Counted from the first letter of the stretch, positions 1 through 12,226 are shown. The stretch is DNA of 64,000 nucleotides from Candidatus Ozemobacteraceae bacterium (GCA_965140445.1 OZ223236.1:3264001-3328000), one strand, 5' to 3'. Notes: a model not told the origin generated them from the letters alone. Numbers and translations: made by a program.

Positions 1-1265
1 AGACTTTTTTCTTTTAAAGAAGCATGTTTGGCAGCATCAAGGCTTTCGTAATCTCTTACATCATACCCCATGAGTTCAGTTCCCTTTTTGCAAATCTGTT
101 CATAAATCATATCAAGAAGATCTTCTTCTGTTCTTCCTGCTTCAAGTTCAGCTTTTGTATCAATTGGTTTCATAAATGCTGCGCACATTTTTGCCGGGCG
201 AGGGAAAGATTTTCCTTCAGGTGTGAGAAGATGTGACCCACCAATATATGCTGGTATTATAGGAATTCTCTTTTTAGTGGCAAATCTAATTGCTCCAGCT
301 TTAAATTCAGAAACTTTTCCTTCAAGGTTACGAGTACCTTCAGGGAAAATTCCTAGATTGTTTCCATCATTTAAGATCTTCATAGCCTTGCGAATGGCTT
401 GAGAATCTGGCTTGGAACGATCCACAGGGAAAGAAAGAACCTTACGCAGATACCAGCCAGAAAAGGGATTCTCAAAGGCTTCTTTTTTAACCATTATGAA
501 AAGTTCTCGCTTAGAAGCTCCGGCAAGGATGAAGCCATCCATTACTGAAGCATGATTGGCAACAATAACAAATGGGCCTTTTTCAGGGATATTTTCTTGT
601 CCGGTTACGGTGAACCTATTGTAGATTTTAAAGAAATAGTAACTTCCATAGGCAGATAATCTATAAAGCCAGACAGATGGTTGAGCTTCAGCAAATTTTC
701 CATCGTTTCCACCTTTTTTACCAAGCAGAAATTTAAGGCTTTTATAGATAATAAGAGCAAGCAATACAATTGCGATAAAGGGGAAAAGAATTGCTGCCAA
801 AGAAGCAGCTAAAGTTACAACATCTTCAATAATCCCGATTATGGGATTACCAAGTCCGCCGGTTGCTGCAGTAGAGGACATTCTAACTCCGGTTTTACCG
901 GCGTGGACAGTTAGAGTTGCTGTTTCAGCAAATACTAGTGCTACCAGCAGATAAAACCAATGTTGATCCCCAGGAATTAAGGCAAAAGTCAAAATCCCAG
1001 AAAAAATAAACTTGGCGGGAAGATTAATCTGATCAAGAAGGTGATCAACCCAGGGTATCTTGTCTCCAAGAAATTCTATCAGAACAGCTACACCTAAAGC
1101 GGCTAATACAGGATCGCTTGCCAGGAAGGCAAACCCGGAATTAATTTGCACATATTCTGGTAAGAATTTGTACAAAAGACCAAGAATAAACGGCGGTAAA
1201 AAAGCTCTAAAGCCGGTTACAGCTGAGAGACATAGTCCTGTAAATACTGGTAATATCCATTCCAT
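1..1265 (-). CDS. DUF4126-like membrane domain fused to 1-acyl-sn-glycerol-3-phosphate acyltransferase (PlsC-like); 3' end runs off the window
   Basis: Not in the ORF track because it is open at the edge. Manual translation from ATG at 1265 gives MEWILPVFTGLCLSAVTGFRAFLPP...EFLGDKIPWVDHLLD (DUF4126-like). The acyltransferase motif NHASVMD (~540-560) is in the same frame, and GIFPEGTR follows (~330-355). Confidence 0.8.
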   Translation of the reverse strand, partial: MEWILPVFTGLCLSAVTGFRAFLPPFILGLLYKFLPEYVQINSGFAFLASDPVLAALGVAVLIEFLGDKIPWVDHLLDQINLPAKFIFSGILTFALIPGDQHWFYLLVALVFAETATLTVHAGKTGVRMSSTAATGGLGNPIIGIIEDVVTLAASLAAILFPFIAIVLLALIIYKSLKFLLGKKGGNDGKFAEAQPSVWLYRLSAYGSYYFFKIYNRFTVTGQENIPEKGPFVIVANHASVMDGFILAGASKRELFIMVKKEAFENPFSGWYLRKVLSFPVDRSKPDSQAIRKAMKILNDGNNLGIFPEGTRNLEGKVSEFKAGAIRFATKKRIPIIPAYIGGSHLLTPEGKSFPRPAKMCAAFMKPIDTKAELEAGRTEEDLLDMIYEQICKKGTELMGYDVRDYESLDAAKHASLKEKS

Positions 1266-1278
1266 AGCGATTCTTCTT

Positions 1279-2238
1279 TCAGTAGTTCACTTTCTGCAAG
1301 ATTCTTTCAATTACAATATTATTTTCACGGGAAAATTCGATGGCCAAATTGTACTCAGTCAATGCCTGTTCTTTCAACTTTAATTTTGAATAAATATCTC
1401 CCAGATCTTCATGGATAACCACCTTCCATTCGTTGCTTATTGAATCTCCGCATTTTTGCAGTATTCTTTTATAGCGAATTATGGCGGCAAATGATAAACC
1501 AAGATCTGCAATCTGTCTTGCTGTCAAAATGTAAGGTGAAGGGTAGTTTTTGCTGCCTTTAAGTGGCGCGGCAAGAATTTCTGCGCTTTGATCCAGATTT
1601 TGAACCGCAGATTTCAGCTTTCCCTCGGCAACCTGTTTTTCTGCCATGTTTTTTAAAGCTGAACTAGCACGGATTGAATTATCAATCACATCCTGATCTG
1701 TATTTGATGAAGTTTCTACTTCAATGCTGGCAGGGATTGCCATGAAAGTTTCTTCATTAAAAATTTCCGGTTCTTCAAGCATTTGTCTGGAGAAACCTAG
1801 AGTTCTTCCAAAAATTCCAACATTTTTGTAGAGTAATTTTCTTTGTAGCTTAAGTAATTCATTGTCAATCCATCCTCTAAAGAGCGGATCGTCAGCATAT
1901 TTTCTTTCTTCCAGGAGAAGGGTTTCAGCAAGTTTTTCACGACCAAAGTGAGTTGCCACAAAATACATTGCTATACCATAAAAGGTTTGCTCAAGTTCTT
2001 GCCCACCAGTTATTTGAGAAGCTGCAAGATACACCTGAGTTTGAATGGCCTGAAAAAAAATAAAAGGATCTAGCCTATACAATTCAGGGTTAATTTCCAG
2101 ATTGGATATAGAGGTTTTCACAACCTTTTCCAATACCTTTTTTTCGAGCCGGTATGGTTGAGCAAAGGTGGAACTCATAAAAGTTCCTGAATAGATGAAT
2201 ACAAAGGTTAGCAAAATAAGTTTTATAAAACTTTTCAC
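1279..2238 (-). CDS. Hypothetical exported protein with C-terminal TPR-like repeats
   Basis: 319-aa ORF, N-terminal signal-like hydrophobic stretch, TPR-like HEDLGDIYSKLKLKEQALTEYNLAIE. Confidence 0.6.
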   Translation of the reverse strand: MKSFIKLILLTFVFIYSGTFMSSTFAQPYRLEKKVLEKVVKTSISNLEINPELYRLDPFIFFQAIQTQVYLAASQITGGQELEQTFYGIAMYFVATHFGREKLAETLLLEERKYADDPLFRGWIDNELLKLQRKLLYKNVGIFGRTLGFSRQMLEEPEIFNEETFMAIPASIEVETSSNTDQDVIDNSIRASSALKNMAEKQVAEGKLKSAVQNLDQSAEILAAPLKGSKNYPSPYILTARQIADLGLSFAAIIRYKRILQKCGDSISNEWKVVIHEDLGDIYSKLKLKEQALTEYNLAIEFSRENNIVIERILQKVNY

Positions 2239-2355
2239 TGTAAGCCCCCCAGCAACTTATATATATGTAACTTACTTGAAACAAAAGGTTTTTTCAATTG
2301 TTTCAACCGAAAATTAGTTATTCGGTTTAATTTATCTGTGCACAAAATTATACTT

Positions 2356-3789
2356 TCAAATTCTTTTTTGAGCGAACTCCACAGCTTCTTCCCGGCTATT
2401 TAATTCGCCAAGAAATTGCGCTTCTTTAACTGCAGCCAGGATTTCTTTAAATTTAGGCCCAGGTTTCAAACCTAATCCAATGAGGTCTTTTCCGCTAATT
2501 AGGGTAGGGGCTTGTGGCTTTTCCATTTGAGTGTAAAAAGCCTGCATTATTTCAAGTATTCCCGCTTCAAATTCTTTCAGATCCTTTTCGCTTAGAGTTC
2601 CCATTGCTGAAAGCCGATCTGCCAGTGATAATAAAGATATTGCAACACCTTCACGGCCCGTTTCAGTGTAAAACTTAAATAGGCGGCGATCATTAATCCC
2701 TTGTTGAACCATTACCCCTGGTCGCATGTGGTTTTTCACTACAAGTTGTAAAAAGCTTGATTCAGCAGAAGAAAGCCTCATGCGATCGGCAATCTTTCTA
2801 ATCAGTCGAACTCCTTCCATTTCGTGACCATGAAAAATTACTTTTTTCTTTTCTTCCCGTTTAGTAGTGGGTTTTCCAAGGTCATGAAGAAGGCAGCCAA
2901 GCTTAAAAGCTTCGAGATAAGTTCTGCTTCCTGATATATGTTCATTTAAAAAGTTCTTAAACTTCGGCCACCATGGGAAATCAAAGCCTTTAATCAGAAG
3001 TTCTTCCAGATTTTTTAATGCGTACAAACTATGATGGAAAACATCCAGGTGATGCCATTCATTTTGTTCTACGCCCATACACCGATTCAATTCTGGTAGA
3101 AAATATTTTAAGACACCAGCTTTTTGAAGCATTTCTATCCATTTGTGTGAATTAGAAACTCCAAGAATCTTAAAAAACTCATCGCGAATTCTTTCGTTGG
3201 AAACCCCATCCAGAAGACTTGAGTCTCTCTGTATCAACGTAAAAAGTGATTCAGAGAGTTCGGCGTCAAATAAAGCTGCAAACCTAAAACCCCGCATCAT
3301 CCGCAGAGGATCTTCTACAAAAGCATGATCTGTGCATGCTTCAATACGATTTGCTTTTAAAGCTTCATATCCATTTAAAGGGTCAAAAATTGTTAATTCC
3401 GGACTGGTTAAAGGCTTCTCTAAACGAGCTGCAATAGCATTAATAGTGAAATCCCTTTCAATGAGATCTTCTTCAATGCTATCGGCTCTAAATCCAGCCA
3501 AATCAATAGTGTAGTGCAATGAGTTTACGGTTTTTACAACTCGCACAACTCTTCTTTCATCGTCGAGAACAACAAAACCGGATCTGGTTTTATGAGCAAA
3601 TTTTTTGGCTCTTTCCACTGGATCGAAAGAAGTGGCGATATCAAGATCAAAAACTTCGCGGCCAAGAATAATATCTCTGATGGTGCCGCCTACGAGCCAG
3701 AATTCATCTTCAGGTTCTATGTCTAAATAGTACAAAGCCTCCCGCAGAAGCTTAAAAGCTATCTGCGGGAGCGTTATTTTTTTATGCAT
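2356..3789 (-). CDS. cca: CCA tRNA nucleotidyltransferase / poly(A) polymerase family with HD domain
   Basis: VGGTIRD, DLDIA, RDFTINA, EDPLRMMR and ERIRDE motifs; HD domain HHLDVFHH...LHDLGK; C-terminal GLKPGPKF. Confidence 0.85.
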   Translation of the reverse strand: MHKKITLPQIAFKLLREALYYLDIEPEDEFWLVGGTIRDIILGREVFDLDIATSFDPVERAKKFAHKTRSGFVVLDDERRVVRVVKTVNSLHYTIDLAGFRADSIEEDLIERDFTINAIAARLEKPLTSPELTIFDPLNGYEALKANRIEACTDHAFVEDPLRMMRGFRFAALFDAELSESLFTLIQRDSSLLDGVSNERIRDEFFKILGVSNSHKWIEMLQKAGVLKYFLPELNRCMGVEQNEWHHLDVFHHSLYALKNLEELLIKGFDFPWWPKFKNFLNEHISGSRTYLEAFKLGCLLHDLGKPTTKREEKKKVIFHGHEMEGVRLIRKIADRMRLSSAESSFLQLVVKNHMRPGVMVQQGINDRRLFKFYTETGREGVAISLLSLADRLSAMGTLSEKDLKEFEAGILEIMQAFYTQMEKPQAPTLISGKDLIGLGLKPGPKFKEILAAVKEAQFLGELNSREEAVEFAQKRI

Positions 3790-5241
3790 TTATTCAGGTC
3801 TTTTATAGTAATTTATGTCCGGCTTTCGAGCTGCCGTAGCTTCATCTAACCTGCGAACAGGAGTGCTCAAAGGTGCCTGTCTCAAGTTTTCTGGATTAGT
3901 TTTGGCTTCTTCTGCGATTTTTTCGAGAATATCCATAAACTTATCCAAAATTTGTTTACTTTCAGTTTCTGTTGGTTCCAACATCATTGATTCTTCAACG
4001 ATCAGCGGAAAGTAAATGGTTGGTGCGTGATAACCATAATCCAACAATCGCTTGGCGATATCAAGTGTTTTAATACCATATTCAGCGAAGGTCTTTCCAG
4101 ACAGAACGAACTCGTGTTTGCAATACCTGTCAAAAGGAAGTTTGAAAGTCTTTTTCAATCTTTCCATCATGTAGTTGGCATTTAAAACCGCGTTTGCAGA
4201 AACATCTTTCAGGCCCTCTGCGCCATTTACCATAATGTAAGTGAAAGCTCTAACCAAAACAGAGAAGTTACCAATTGAAGCCAGAACAGGTCCAACAGAT
4301 TCTCTGCATTTGGTGTTCAATTTGTATTTCTTGCCATCAAATACAATTCTTGGGTTAGGCAGGAAAGCTTCAAGGTGCTTTTTAACACCAACTGGTCCCG
4401 CGCCTGGTCCGCCGCCACCATGTGGAGTGGAGAAGGTTTTATGAAGATTGAGATGAACGATGTCAAAGCCCATATCTCCAGGTCTTGTCCAGCCCATGAT
4501 CGCGTTCAGGTTTGCGCCGTCATAATATACAAGGCCATCAACTGAATGAATTAAACTTGCCAATTCACCAATATTCTCATCAAACAAGCCGAGAGTATTA
4601 GGATTGGTGATCATCAAACCAGCTATATCAGGAGCGATTTTAGCTTTCAGATCTTCCATGTCGATGCTGCCGCGTTCATCTGATTTGATATTTACTACTT
4701 CATAACCAGCCATTGAACAGGAAGCAGGGTTGGTGCCATGGCCACTGTCAGGAATCATAATTTTAGTTTTATGGTTTCCCTTTTTCTTGTGGTATGCCTT
4801 CATAATCAGCAACCCAGTAAGTTCGCCCTGAGCTCCAGCAGCTGGCTGAAGGGTCATCGCGTCCATTCCTGAGATTTCAGCAAGTTCGTTTTCAAGGGTT
4901 TTGAGCATTTCTAATGCACCTTGAACCGTATCATCTGGCTGATGTGGGTGAAGATGAGCAAATCCAGGAAGTCTGGCCATGTTTTCGTTCAGCTTGGGAT
5001 TGTATTTCATGGTACAAGATCCAAGCGGATAGAAGCCAACATCCACGCCATGGTTCATTCTCGACAGACGCGTGAAGTGTCTGACAACTTCGATTTCTGC
5101 CAATGAAGGCAAATCAAGATCTTGTCTAATAAACCTTGCAGGAATATGGTCCGTAGGATCTACAGTTGGAACATCCAGCTTCGGAAGGGTATAACCTCTT
5201 CTGCCTTCAGTCGAAACTTCAAAAATTAAGGGTTCAGTCAT
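3790..5241 (-). CDS. gcvPB: Glycine dehydrogenase (decarboxylating) subunit 2
   Basis: [28 protein letters not shown] (PLP lysine), EPTETES. Confidence 0.97.
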   Translation of the reverse strand: MTEPLIFEVSTEGRRGYTLPKLDVPTVDPTDHIPARFIRQDLDLPSLAEIEVVRHFTRLSRMNHGVDVGFYPLGSCTMKYNPKLNENMARLPGFAHLHPHQPDDTVQGALEMLKTLENELAEISGMDAMTLQPAAGAQGELTGLLIMKAYHKKKGNHKTKIMIPDSGHGTNPASCSMAGYEVVNIKSDERGSIDMEDLKAKIAPDIAGLMITNPNTLGLFDENIGELASLIHSVDGLVYYDGANLNAIMGWTRPGDMGFDIVHLNLHKTFSTPHGGGGPGAGPVGVKKHLEAFLPNPRIVFDGKKYKLNTKCRESVGPVLASIGNFSVLVRAFTYIMVNGAEGLKDVSANAVLNANYMMERLKKTFKLPFDRYCKHEFVLSGKTFAEYGIKTLDIAKRLLDYGYHAPTIYFPLIVEESMMLEPTETESKQILDKFMDILEKIAEEAKTNPENLRQAPLSTPVRRLDEATAARKPDINYYKRPE

Positions 5242-6580
5242 TTAAAAACCCTCCCAGCATTGCGCAATATTCATCGATCTCAGCTTTTGTGCGCTTTTCG
5301 GTAACAGCGACAAGCACGTGATCTTTAAGATTAGAAAACCATTTGTCCAGTGGAACACCAGCGAAGATGCCTTTGCGGGCCATTTTGCCTAGAACCTTGC
5401 GGGCTTCTGGAATTTTAATCACGAATTCATTGAAGAAGCTGCCTGTGAATGGGAATTCAACTTTGCTGATATTCTGAAGTTCACGTTTCATGTAGTGAGC
5501 TTTCTGGAAACAGTGATCAGCCACTTCTTTAAGTCCTGTTTTTCCCATCAGGCTCAAGTAAATAGTAGCATTGAGGGCAAGAAGAGCCTGGTTTGAGCAG
5601 ATGTTACTGCTGGCCTTTTCCCTGCGAATATGCTGTTCACGAGCTTGAAGAGTAAGAACAAAACCTCTTTTACCATCAACGTCTTTGGTTACGCCAACGA
5701 TTCTGCCTGGCATTTTGCGAAGCAGTTCTTTTTTTGCAGCCAGAAATCCCAGATAAGGTCCGCCATATTGCATTGGAATGCCAAGTGGCTGGCCTTCGCC
5801 GGTAACAATGTCTGCACCAAGTTCGCCGGGAGCTTCGATCAGTCCAAGTGAGATTGGATTGGTTGAAACTATAGACAACGCGCCATTTTCATGGGCTACT
5901 TCAGAGATTTTTTCAATATCTTCAATTGTTCCGAAGAAGTTTGGATATTGCATTACCACAGCAGCTGTGTTGCCGTCGATATGATCGCGAACTTTGTTAA
6001 AGTCACAAACTCCGTCTTCATAAGGAACGAAAACGACTTCAGTTCCAAGGGTGCCGTTTAATGTGCTGATAACTCTTCTGTATTCTGGATTAACAGTCTG
6101 TAGAACCAGAACGCGGTTTTTGCGTTTCTGGCTGGTTGCCATATTAATGGCTTCCACAAGAGCTGTAGAACCTTCATACATTGAGGCATTGGACTGGTCC
6201 ATACCTGTGAGGGTGCAGATTAAACTCTGGAACTCATATATTGATTGAAGAGTGCCTTGTGAAATCTCTGGCTGATAGGGGGTATAAGCGGTAAAAAAGT
6301 CGCCGCGTAAGAGAATGTGATCAATAACCGCCGGGATTACATGATCATAAGCTCCTGCGCCAAGGAAACAAACAGCTTTATCACTGGATGTATTCTTGTC
6401 AGATAATGCGGTAACTTTCTTTTGGGTTTCTAACTCGCTTAAACCCTCAGGAATATTTAAACCACCCTGGAGCCGAAGCTCCGGTGGTATTTCGGCAAAG
6501 AGGTCGTCTATGGTTTTAACACCTATGGCCTCTAACATTTCCTGAATTTCTTCAGGAGTAGCTGGAATATACGTGGCCAT
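5234..6580 (-). CDS. gcvPA: Glycine dehydrogenase (decarboxylating) subunit 1
   Basis: [39 protein letters not shown]. Confidence 0.97.
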   Translation of the reverse strand: MATYIPATPEEIQEMLEAIGVKTIDDLFAEIPPELRLQGGLNIPEGLSELETQKKVTALSDKNTSSDKAVCFLGAGAYDHVIPAVIDHILLRGDFFTAYTPYQPEISQGTLQSIYEFQSLICTLTGMDQSNASMYEGSTALVEAINMATSQKRKNRVLVLQTVNPEYRRVISTLNGTLGTEVVFVPYEDGVCDFNKVRDHIDGNTAAVVMQYPNFFGTIEDIEKISEVAHENGALSIVSTNPISLGLIEAPGELGADIVTGEGQPLGIPMQYGGPYLGFLAAKKELLRKMPGRIVGVTKDVDGKRGFVLTLQAREQHIRREKASSNICSNQALLALNATIYLSLMGKTGLKEVADHCFQKAHYMKRELQNISKVEFPFTGSFFNEFVIKIPEARKVLGKMARKGIFAGVPLDKWFSNLKDHVLVAVTEKRTKAEIDEYCAMLGGFLND

Positions 6581-6603
6581 TAATTATCTCCTGATAATTT
6601 AAA

Positions 6604-6963
6604 TTATTCGCAAATCTTTTTGTAATCGTCTTCTGAAAGCATCGCTTCGTATTCAGCTTTATCATCGAATTTGATTTCCATGATCCAGCCTTTTCCGAAT
6701 GGGTCTTCATTGATGAGAGCTGCATTTGCTTCCAGTTCTTCGTTAACAGCAACGATTTCGCCGCTTACTGGGGCATACATATCAGAAACAGTTTTTACTG
6801 ATTCGATAGTTCCCATTGAATCGCCTGCTGCGAATTTATCGCCAACAGCTGGAACTTCTACAAAAACTACGTCGCCAAGTTGATTGGCTGCATAATCAGT
6901 GATTCCAACAATTACTTTATCGCCTTCAAGTTTCGCCCATTCGTGATCTTTTGAAAATTTCAT
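6604..6963 (-). CDS. gcvH: Glycine cleavage system H protein (lipoyl carrier)
   Basis: HEW, GITDYA, ESVKT lipoyl-lysine motif, INEDPFGKGW. Confidence 0.97.
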   Translation of the reverse strand: MKFSKDHEWAKLEGDKVIVGITDYAANQLGDVVFVEVPAVGDKFAAGDSMGTIESVKTVSDMYAPVSGEIVAVNEELEANAALINEDPFGKGWIMEIKFDDKAEYEAMLSEDDYKKICE

Positions 6964-6985
6964 GTTAATCTCCTAGCTTTGAAAA

Positions 6986-8230
6986 TTAAATTTTGTAGAG
7001 TGGGAATTTTTCACAGATGCCATTAACTTTGGCTTTTACAGATTTGAGAACTTCTTCGTTTTCAGGATCTGAAAGCACTTCGTCGATCAAGGCAGCAATC
7101 TGCTTCATTACTTCCGGAGTCATTCCTCTGGTAGTTACGGCCGGAGTTCCGATTCTGAGGCCGGATGTCACGAAAGGCGACTGAGGATCATTAGGGATAG
7201 TATTCTTATTAACGGTAATGCCAGCTTTATCAAGGGCTTTTTCAGCAAGCTTTCCGGTAATATTCTTGTTTCTTACATCTATTAGCATCAGATGGTTGTC
7301 TGTGCCGTCAGATACAAGTCTGAAACCTTTTTCTTTAAGGGCTTCCGCGAGTGCAGATGCATTTTCAATAACTTTCTTCTGATATTCTTTGAAGGAAGGT
7401 TCAAGCGCTTCTTTGAAAGCCACCGCTTTTGCAGCGATGACGTGCATAAGAGGTCCGCCCTGCAAACCAGGAAAGATCGCTTTATCAATAGCTTTTGCCC
7501 ATTTTTCTTTACAAAGAATCAAACCACCACGAGGTCCTCTAAGGGTCTTGTGAGTAGTTGAAGTTACGAAGTCAGCATAAGGAATTGGGCTAGGATGCAA
7601 TCCAGCAGCTACAAGACCAGCAATATGAGCCATATCAACACACATTACAGCTTCAACTTCGTCACAAATCTTTTTGATTCTTTCGAAATCAATGATTCTT
7701 GGATAAGCAGACGCGCCAACCATAATCATTTTAGGTTTGTTTTCAATTGCTAATTCACGAATTGAATCATAATCAATGGTTTCTGTGTCATCAGAAACTC
7801 CATAAGGAATTACGTTATATAGAATTCCGCTGAAGTTAACCGGGCTACCATGAGTAAGATGTCCACCGTTTGAAAGGTTCATACCAAGGAAAGTTTCGCC
7901 GGGTTTCATTACAGCCTGATATACAGCCATGTTGGCCTGGCTTCCAGAGTGTGGCTGCACGTTAGCATGTTCAGCACCAAAAAGTTCCTTGATGCGATCT
8001 CTGGCTATATTTTCGGCTTCATCAACTACTTCACAACCGCCATAATATCTTTTTCCAGGATAACCTTCGGCGTATTTGTTCGTTAAAACTGATCCAAGAG
8101 CTTCCATTACAGCTTCAGATACAAAATTTTCTGAAGCGATAAGCTCGATTTGGGTCATCTGGCGCTCTTTTTCACGCTTGATGATTTCAAAAAGTTCAGG
8201 ATCAAATTTCTTAATATTTTCCATTTCCAT
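6986..8230 (-). CDS. glyA: Serine hydroxymethyltransferase
   Basis: [33 protein letters not shown]. Confidence 0.98.
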   Translation of the reverse strand: MEMENIKKFDPELFEIIKREKERQMTQIELIASENFVSEAVMEALGSVLTNKYAEGYPGKRYYGGCEVVDEAENIARDRIKELFGAEHANVQPHSGSQANMAVYQAVMKPGETFLGMNLSNGGHLTHGSPVNFSGILYNVIPYGVSDDTETIDYDSIRELAIENKPKMIMVGASAYPRIIDFERIKKICDEVEAVMCVDMAHIAGLVAAGLHPSPIPYADFVTSTTHKTLRGPRGGLILCKEKWAKAIDKAIFPGLQGGPLMHVIAAKAVAFKEALEPSFKEYQKKVIENASALAEALKEKGFRLVSDGTDNHLMLIDVRNKNITGKLAEKALDKAGITVNKNTIPNDPQSPFVTSGLRIGTPAVTTRGMTPEVMKQIAALIDEVLSDPENEEVLKSVKAKVNGICEKFPLYKI

Positions 8231-8232
8231 TC

Positions 8233-9324
8233 CTAGCTCCTTTTCCTTGTGTAAAACGGGGTCTCTATAACAGTCGCGGCGTAATTTTTTCCACGAATTT
8301 CTACATCAAATTTTGTTCCAATTTCTTTGAGGGTTTGTGGCACATAACCAAGGCCAATGTTCTTCTTGAGGGTAGGGGACATAGTTCCGGAGGTAACTTC
8401 GCCCACTTTCTTTCCATCTTTAACAATTGGATAACCGTGTCTTGGAGCTGGACCTTTGCCCATTTCAAAGCCTACCAGAGTCTTTTTGGTGCCATTTTCT
8501 TTCTGATCTTTCAATATCTTTGAGCCATTGAAAGCGCCTTTACCAAATTTAACAGTCCAATTAAGATTTGCTTCAATTGGAGTTGTTTCGTCATGAATGT
8601 CGTTGCCATAAAGAGCTAATCTTGCTTCAAGGCGCAAAGTATCGCGGGCTCCAAGACCAATGGCCTGAATTCCAACATCTTTTCCGGCTTCCATGAGTGC
8701 GTTCCAGAGTTTTTCAGAATGTTTTGGGTCATAATAAAGTTCAAAACCTTCTTCACCAGTATAACCAGTGCGGCTGATAATGCAATCTACATCAGCAACT
8801 TTACCAACTGTAAACCAATAAAATTTAATTGGTTTAAGTCTTTGACGGGTTAGCTTTTGTAAAACTTCATCGGCTTTTGGGCCCTGAATAGCAATCAAAC
8901 CAGTGGTTTCGCTATCATTCGTAAAGTTTACATCGCCTTCTAGCTGGCTTTTTATCCAATTGAAATCTTTTTCGATATTTGAGGCGTTTACAACCAGGAA
9001 AAACTTTTCAGGGTTCCAGCGGTAAACGAGTAAATCATCAATGATGGTTCCATCTTCGCGACACATTGGGGTATAAGCGATCTGACGATCAGAAAGAGCC
9101 TCGATATCCTGGGTTACAATCTTCTGGAGGTTTTTCATGGCATCCGGGCCAGTCAGCCAAAATTCACCCATGTGAAACAAATCAAACAAACCAGCTTTTT
9201 CGCGCACGCAATTATGTTCTTCAATGATTGAAGAATATTGAACCGGCATATACCAGCCCGAAAAATCAATCATTCGAGCGCCTAATTTTTCATGAACTGC
9301 ACAAAGTGGGGTCTTATTCATCAT
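8233..9324 (-). CDS. gcvT: Glycine cleavage system aminomethyltransferase T
   Basis: [32 protein letters not shown]. Confidence 0.97.
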   Translation of the reverse strand: MMNKTPLCAVHEKLGARMIDFSGWYMPVQYSSIIEEHNCVREKAGLFDLFHMGEFWLTGPDAMKNLQKIVTQDIEALSDRQIAYTPMCREDGTIIDDLLVYRWNPEKFFLVVNASNIEKDFNWIKSQLEGDVNFTNDSETTGLIAIQGPKADEVLQKLTRQRLKPIKFYWFTVGKVADVDCIISRTGYTGEEGFELYYDPKHSEKLWNALMEAGKDVGIQAIGLGARDTLRLEARLALYGNDIHDETTPIEANLNWTVKFGKGAFNGSKILKDQKENGTKKTLVGFEMGKGPAPRHGYPIVKDGKKVGEVTSGTMSPTLKKNIGLGYVPQTLKEIGTKFDVEIRGKNYAATVIETPFYTRKRS

Positions 9325-9340
9325 TATCTCCTTGTATTCC

Positions 9341-11014
9341 CTAAAAGAGGCCTATAATTTCGCCATCTTCATTAACATCAATTCTTTCTGCCGACGGGAC
9401 TTTTGGAAGTCCTGGCATAGTCATAATTTCTCCGGCAATTGCCACTACAAAACCTGCTCCTGCACTTAGTTTTGCATCTTTCACCGTAACTTTAAAGCCC
9501 TGAGGACGACCCAGCAGGTTACTGGTATCAGACAAAGAGCTTTGGGTTTTAGCTATGCAAACCGGAACGTTTTTATAGCCAAGTCGCTCAAAGTGATCCA
9601 GACTTTCATTTGCTTTTTTCAGGAAAATTACATCGCTAGCTCCATACATACAGCGAGCAATGCAGTTAATCTTTTCTTTCAAAGACAATTCAAGTGGATA
9701 CAGATAATCAAACTTTTTGCAATCGAGCTTGATAAGATCATTTACTGCATGCGCCAATTCTTGTCCACCGGCAGGGCCGTTAGCGTAGATGTCAGAAATA
9801 ACGGCGTTTGCGCCAGCCTTTCTGGTTTCTTCAACAACCCAGTTTAGTTCGGCATCGGTATCTGTGTGGAATTTGTTAACAGCAACAACGCAAGGAACAC
9901 CAAAAATTTTGATATTCTCAATATGCTTCTGCAGGTTTACATAACCGCGTTTGACCGCTTCCAGATCAGGGGCATCAAGATTGGTTTTGGGAACTCCACC
10001 ATGCATTTTCAGAGCTCTGATAGTAGCAACAATTACTGCTGCCGCTGGTTTCAGGTCACCCAAGCGGCATTTGATATCGAAGAATTTTTCAGCTCCAAGA
10101 TCAGTTGCGAACCCAGCTTCGGTAACAACTACATCAGCCAGTTTCAATCCTAATTTGGTAGCAATAAGACTGTTGCAGCCATGCGCAATATTCGCAAACG
10201 GGCCACCGTGAAGGAGAACCGGAGTTGAATATTTGGTCTGAACCAGATTAGGCTTGATTGCATCCTTAAGAATAGCAGCCATTGCGCCTTGAGCATTAAG
10301 ATCTTTGGCATGAATTGGCACGCCATCAGTGCTGAAACTGATAAAGATGTTGCCCAGGCGTTCTTTAAGATCCATGAGATCTTTTGCCAGACAAAGAATG
10401 GCCATTACTTCAGAAGAAGCGGTAATATCAAAGCCTGTTTCTCTCGGAATACCATTTGTAGGTCCACCAAGACCAACAACGATATTTCTCAGGCTTCTTT
10501 CATTCATATCAGCGACACGTTTAAAAGGAGATCGTTTTGGATCAAGTTTTAATGCGTTTCCCTGATGAATGTGATTTGCTATAAGTGCAGTCAGAAGATT
10601 GTGCGCGGAAGTAATCGCGTGCATGTCGCCGGTAAAATGAAGGTTAATATCATTCATTGGCACCAGTTCGGATTTCCCGCCACCTGTGGCTCCGCCTTTT
10701 ACGCCAAACACTGGGCCCATAGAAGGTTCTCTTAAACAAAGAGCTACTTTGGTGCCAATGCTTCTGAGTGAATCGGCCAAGCCAATGGAAGTAGTGGTTT
10801 TACCTTCTCCAGCGGGAGTAGGGGTCATGGCTGTTACCAATACCAATTTTCCATCTTTTTCTGATTCGAGGCGTTTTATGGCAGAATATGAAATCTTGGC
10901 TTTCAGATTTCCATAGGGTTCAATTTCTGATTCCTTTAAACCCAGTTCCTGACCAATAACCTCTAGTGGTCGGATTTCCTCTTTAAGCAAAGATCCAATT
11001 TTTTCTTCTGACAT
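9341..11014 (-). CDS. fhs: Formate--tetrahydrofolate ligase
   Basis: TPTPAGEGKTTT, GGPFANIAHGCNS, TEAGF, IMTMPGLP. Confidence 0.98.
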   Translation of the reverse strand: MSEEKIGSLLKEEIRPLEVIGQELGLKESEIEPYGNLKAKISYSAIKRLESEKDGKLVLVTAMTPTPAGEGKTTTSIGLADSLRSIGTKVALCLREPSMGPVFGVKGGATGGGKSELVPMNDINLHFTGDMHAITSAHNLLTALIANHIHQGNALKLDPKRSPFKRVADMNERSLRNIVVGLGGPTNGIPRETGFDITASSEVMAILCLAKDLMDLKERLGNIFISFSTDGVPIHAKDLNAQGAMAAILKDAIKPNLVQTKYSTPVLLHGGPFANIAHGCNSLIATKLGLKLADVVVTEAGFATDLGAEKFFDIKCRLGDLKPAAAVIVATIRALKMHGGVPKTNLDAPDLEAVKRGYVNLQKHIENIKIFGVPCVVAVNKFHTDTDAELNWVVEETRKAGANAVISDIYANGPAGGQELAHAVNDLIKLDCKKFDYLYPLELSLKEKINCIARCMYGASDVIFLKKANESLDHFERLGYKNVPVCIAKTQSSLSDTSNLLGRPQGFKVTVKDAKLSAGAGFVVAIAGEIMTMPGLPKVPSAERIDVNEDGEIIGLF

Positions 11015-11017
11015 TTT

Positions 11018-12184
11018 TTATGCATTCTCCCTTTCAAATTTGAGGAGGGCTTCAATGGTAGCTTTGGTAGCTTTACCGATTTCCTTGATAACACCTTTTT
11101 TAGCAAGTGCCATTTCAAGGAGGCCGATGGTTCCGATGAGATCTTTCTCACCAATTGCGCCAATGGTAGTTATTCTCAATAAAGTTCCGGCAAAACGGCC
11201 ATGCCCTCCGGCGATTAATACAGAATAATTCTGGCGAATATCAGCAACGATTTCAGAGGGGACAATTCCTTCTGGCGCGTAAAATACGGTCAGAACGTTT
11301 GAAGTTGCGCTTTCCTCTGTAAAAAGTTTAAGTCCAAGTTCGGCGATACCAGCTCTAAGAGCGGTTGCCAACTTATTATAATGCTTATGGAGATTATCTA
11401 TTCCAAGCCTGTCAATTTTGCGTAAAGCTGCAAGAAATGAAGCCATTACAGAAATGGCTGGAGTCCATGGATAAGCTGGAATGGCTAATTCCTGGTTGGA
11501 CTTATAAAGTTTCAAATCAAAATAAACGCCGTGGCATTTAACGGTTTCGATTTTTTTCATGGCTTTATCAGAGATTCCGATTATTCCAACACCAGGAGGA
11601 GCGAGAAAGCCTTTTTGAGAAGCTGATACCGCTGCGTCTACATGCCATCCGTCCATTTTGAAAGGCAAAGCACCGATTCCAGATACGCCGTCAACTATGA
11701 AAAGCTTGTTTCTTTCGTGAAGAAGCTTCCCGATAGGAGCAACATCATTGTAAATGCCTGTAGAAGTTTCGTTAAAGGTAACGGTAACCCCTGAAATTTC
11801 AGGGTGTTTATCAAGCATTTCTTCGATTTGAGCAACTTTAACACTTTTGCCGTCTTCACATTTGAGTGGAATAACATTCAGGCCGTAAGCTCTGCCCATC
11901 TGGGAGAATCTTTCACCAAAAACGCCAGTCTCAACGGTTAAAATGGTTTCGCCTTCATTGAAAAGGTTGGCAATGGCGACTTCCATGCAGCCTGTTCCAG
12001 AAGAGGTAACCAGATAAAGGTTTTGCTTTGTATTAAAAAACTTTTTGCAAAGCTCAACACATTCTTCATAAATAGGAGAAAAATCAGTTGTGCGGTGATG
12101 TTTGAGTGGCATAGCGCCAGCAAGCATAACTTCAGAATCCAGACAAACAGGACCGGGTGTCATCAACAGAGTATCAAAGTCCAC
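11018..12184 (-). CDS. Class V PLP aminotransferase (serine-pyruvate/alanine-glyoxylate type)
   Basis: LMTPGP, SSGTGCME, NETSTG, VDGVS, SASQKGFLAPPG; GTG start preceded by GGAGA. Confidence 0.9.
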   Translation of the reverse strand: MDFDTLLMTPGPVCLDSEVMLAGAMPLKHHRTTDFSPIYEECVELCKKFFNTKQNLYLVTSSGTGCMEVAIANLFNEGETILTVETGVFGERFSQMGRAYGLNVIPLKCEDGKSVKVAQIEEMLDKHPEISGVTVTFNETSTGIYNDVAPIGKLLHERNKLFIVDGVSGIGALPFKMDGWHVDAAVSASQKGFLAPPGVGIIGISDKAMKKIETVKCHGVYFDLKLYKSNQELAIPAYPWTPAISVMASFLAALRKIDRLGIDNLHKHYNKLATALRAGIAELGLKLFTEESATSNVLTVFYAPEGIVPSEIVADIRQNYSVLIAGGHGRFAGTLLRITTIGAIGEKDLIGTIGLLEMALAKKGVIKEIGKATKATIEALLKFERENA

Positions 12185-12226
12185 TTTAATGAGTCTCCAT
12201 TCATTCCTTAGATGTATTTTTTATTT

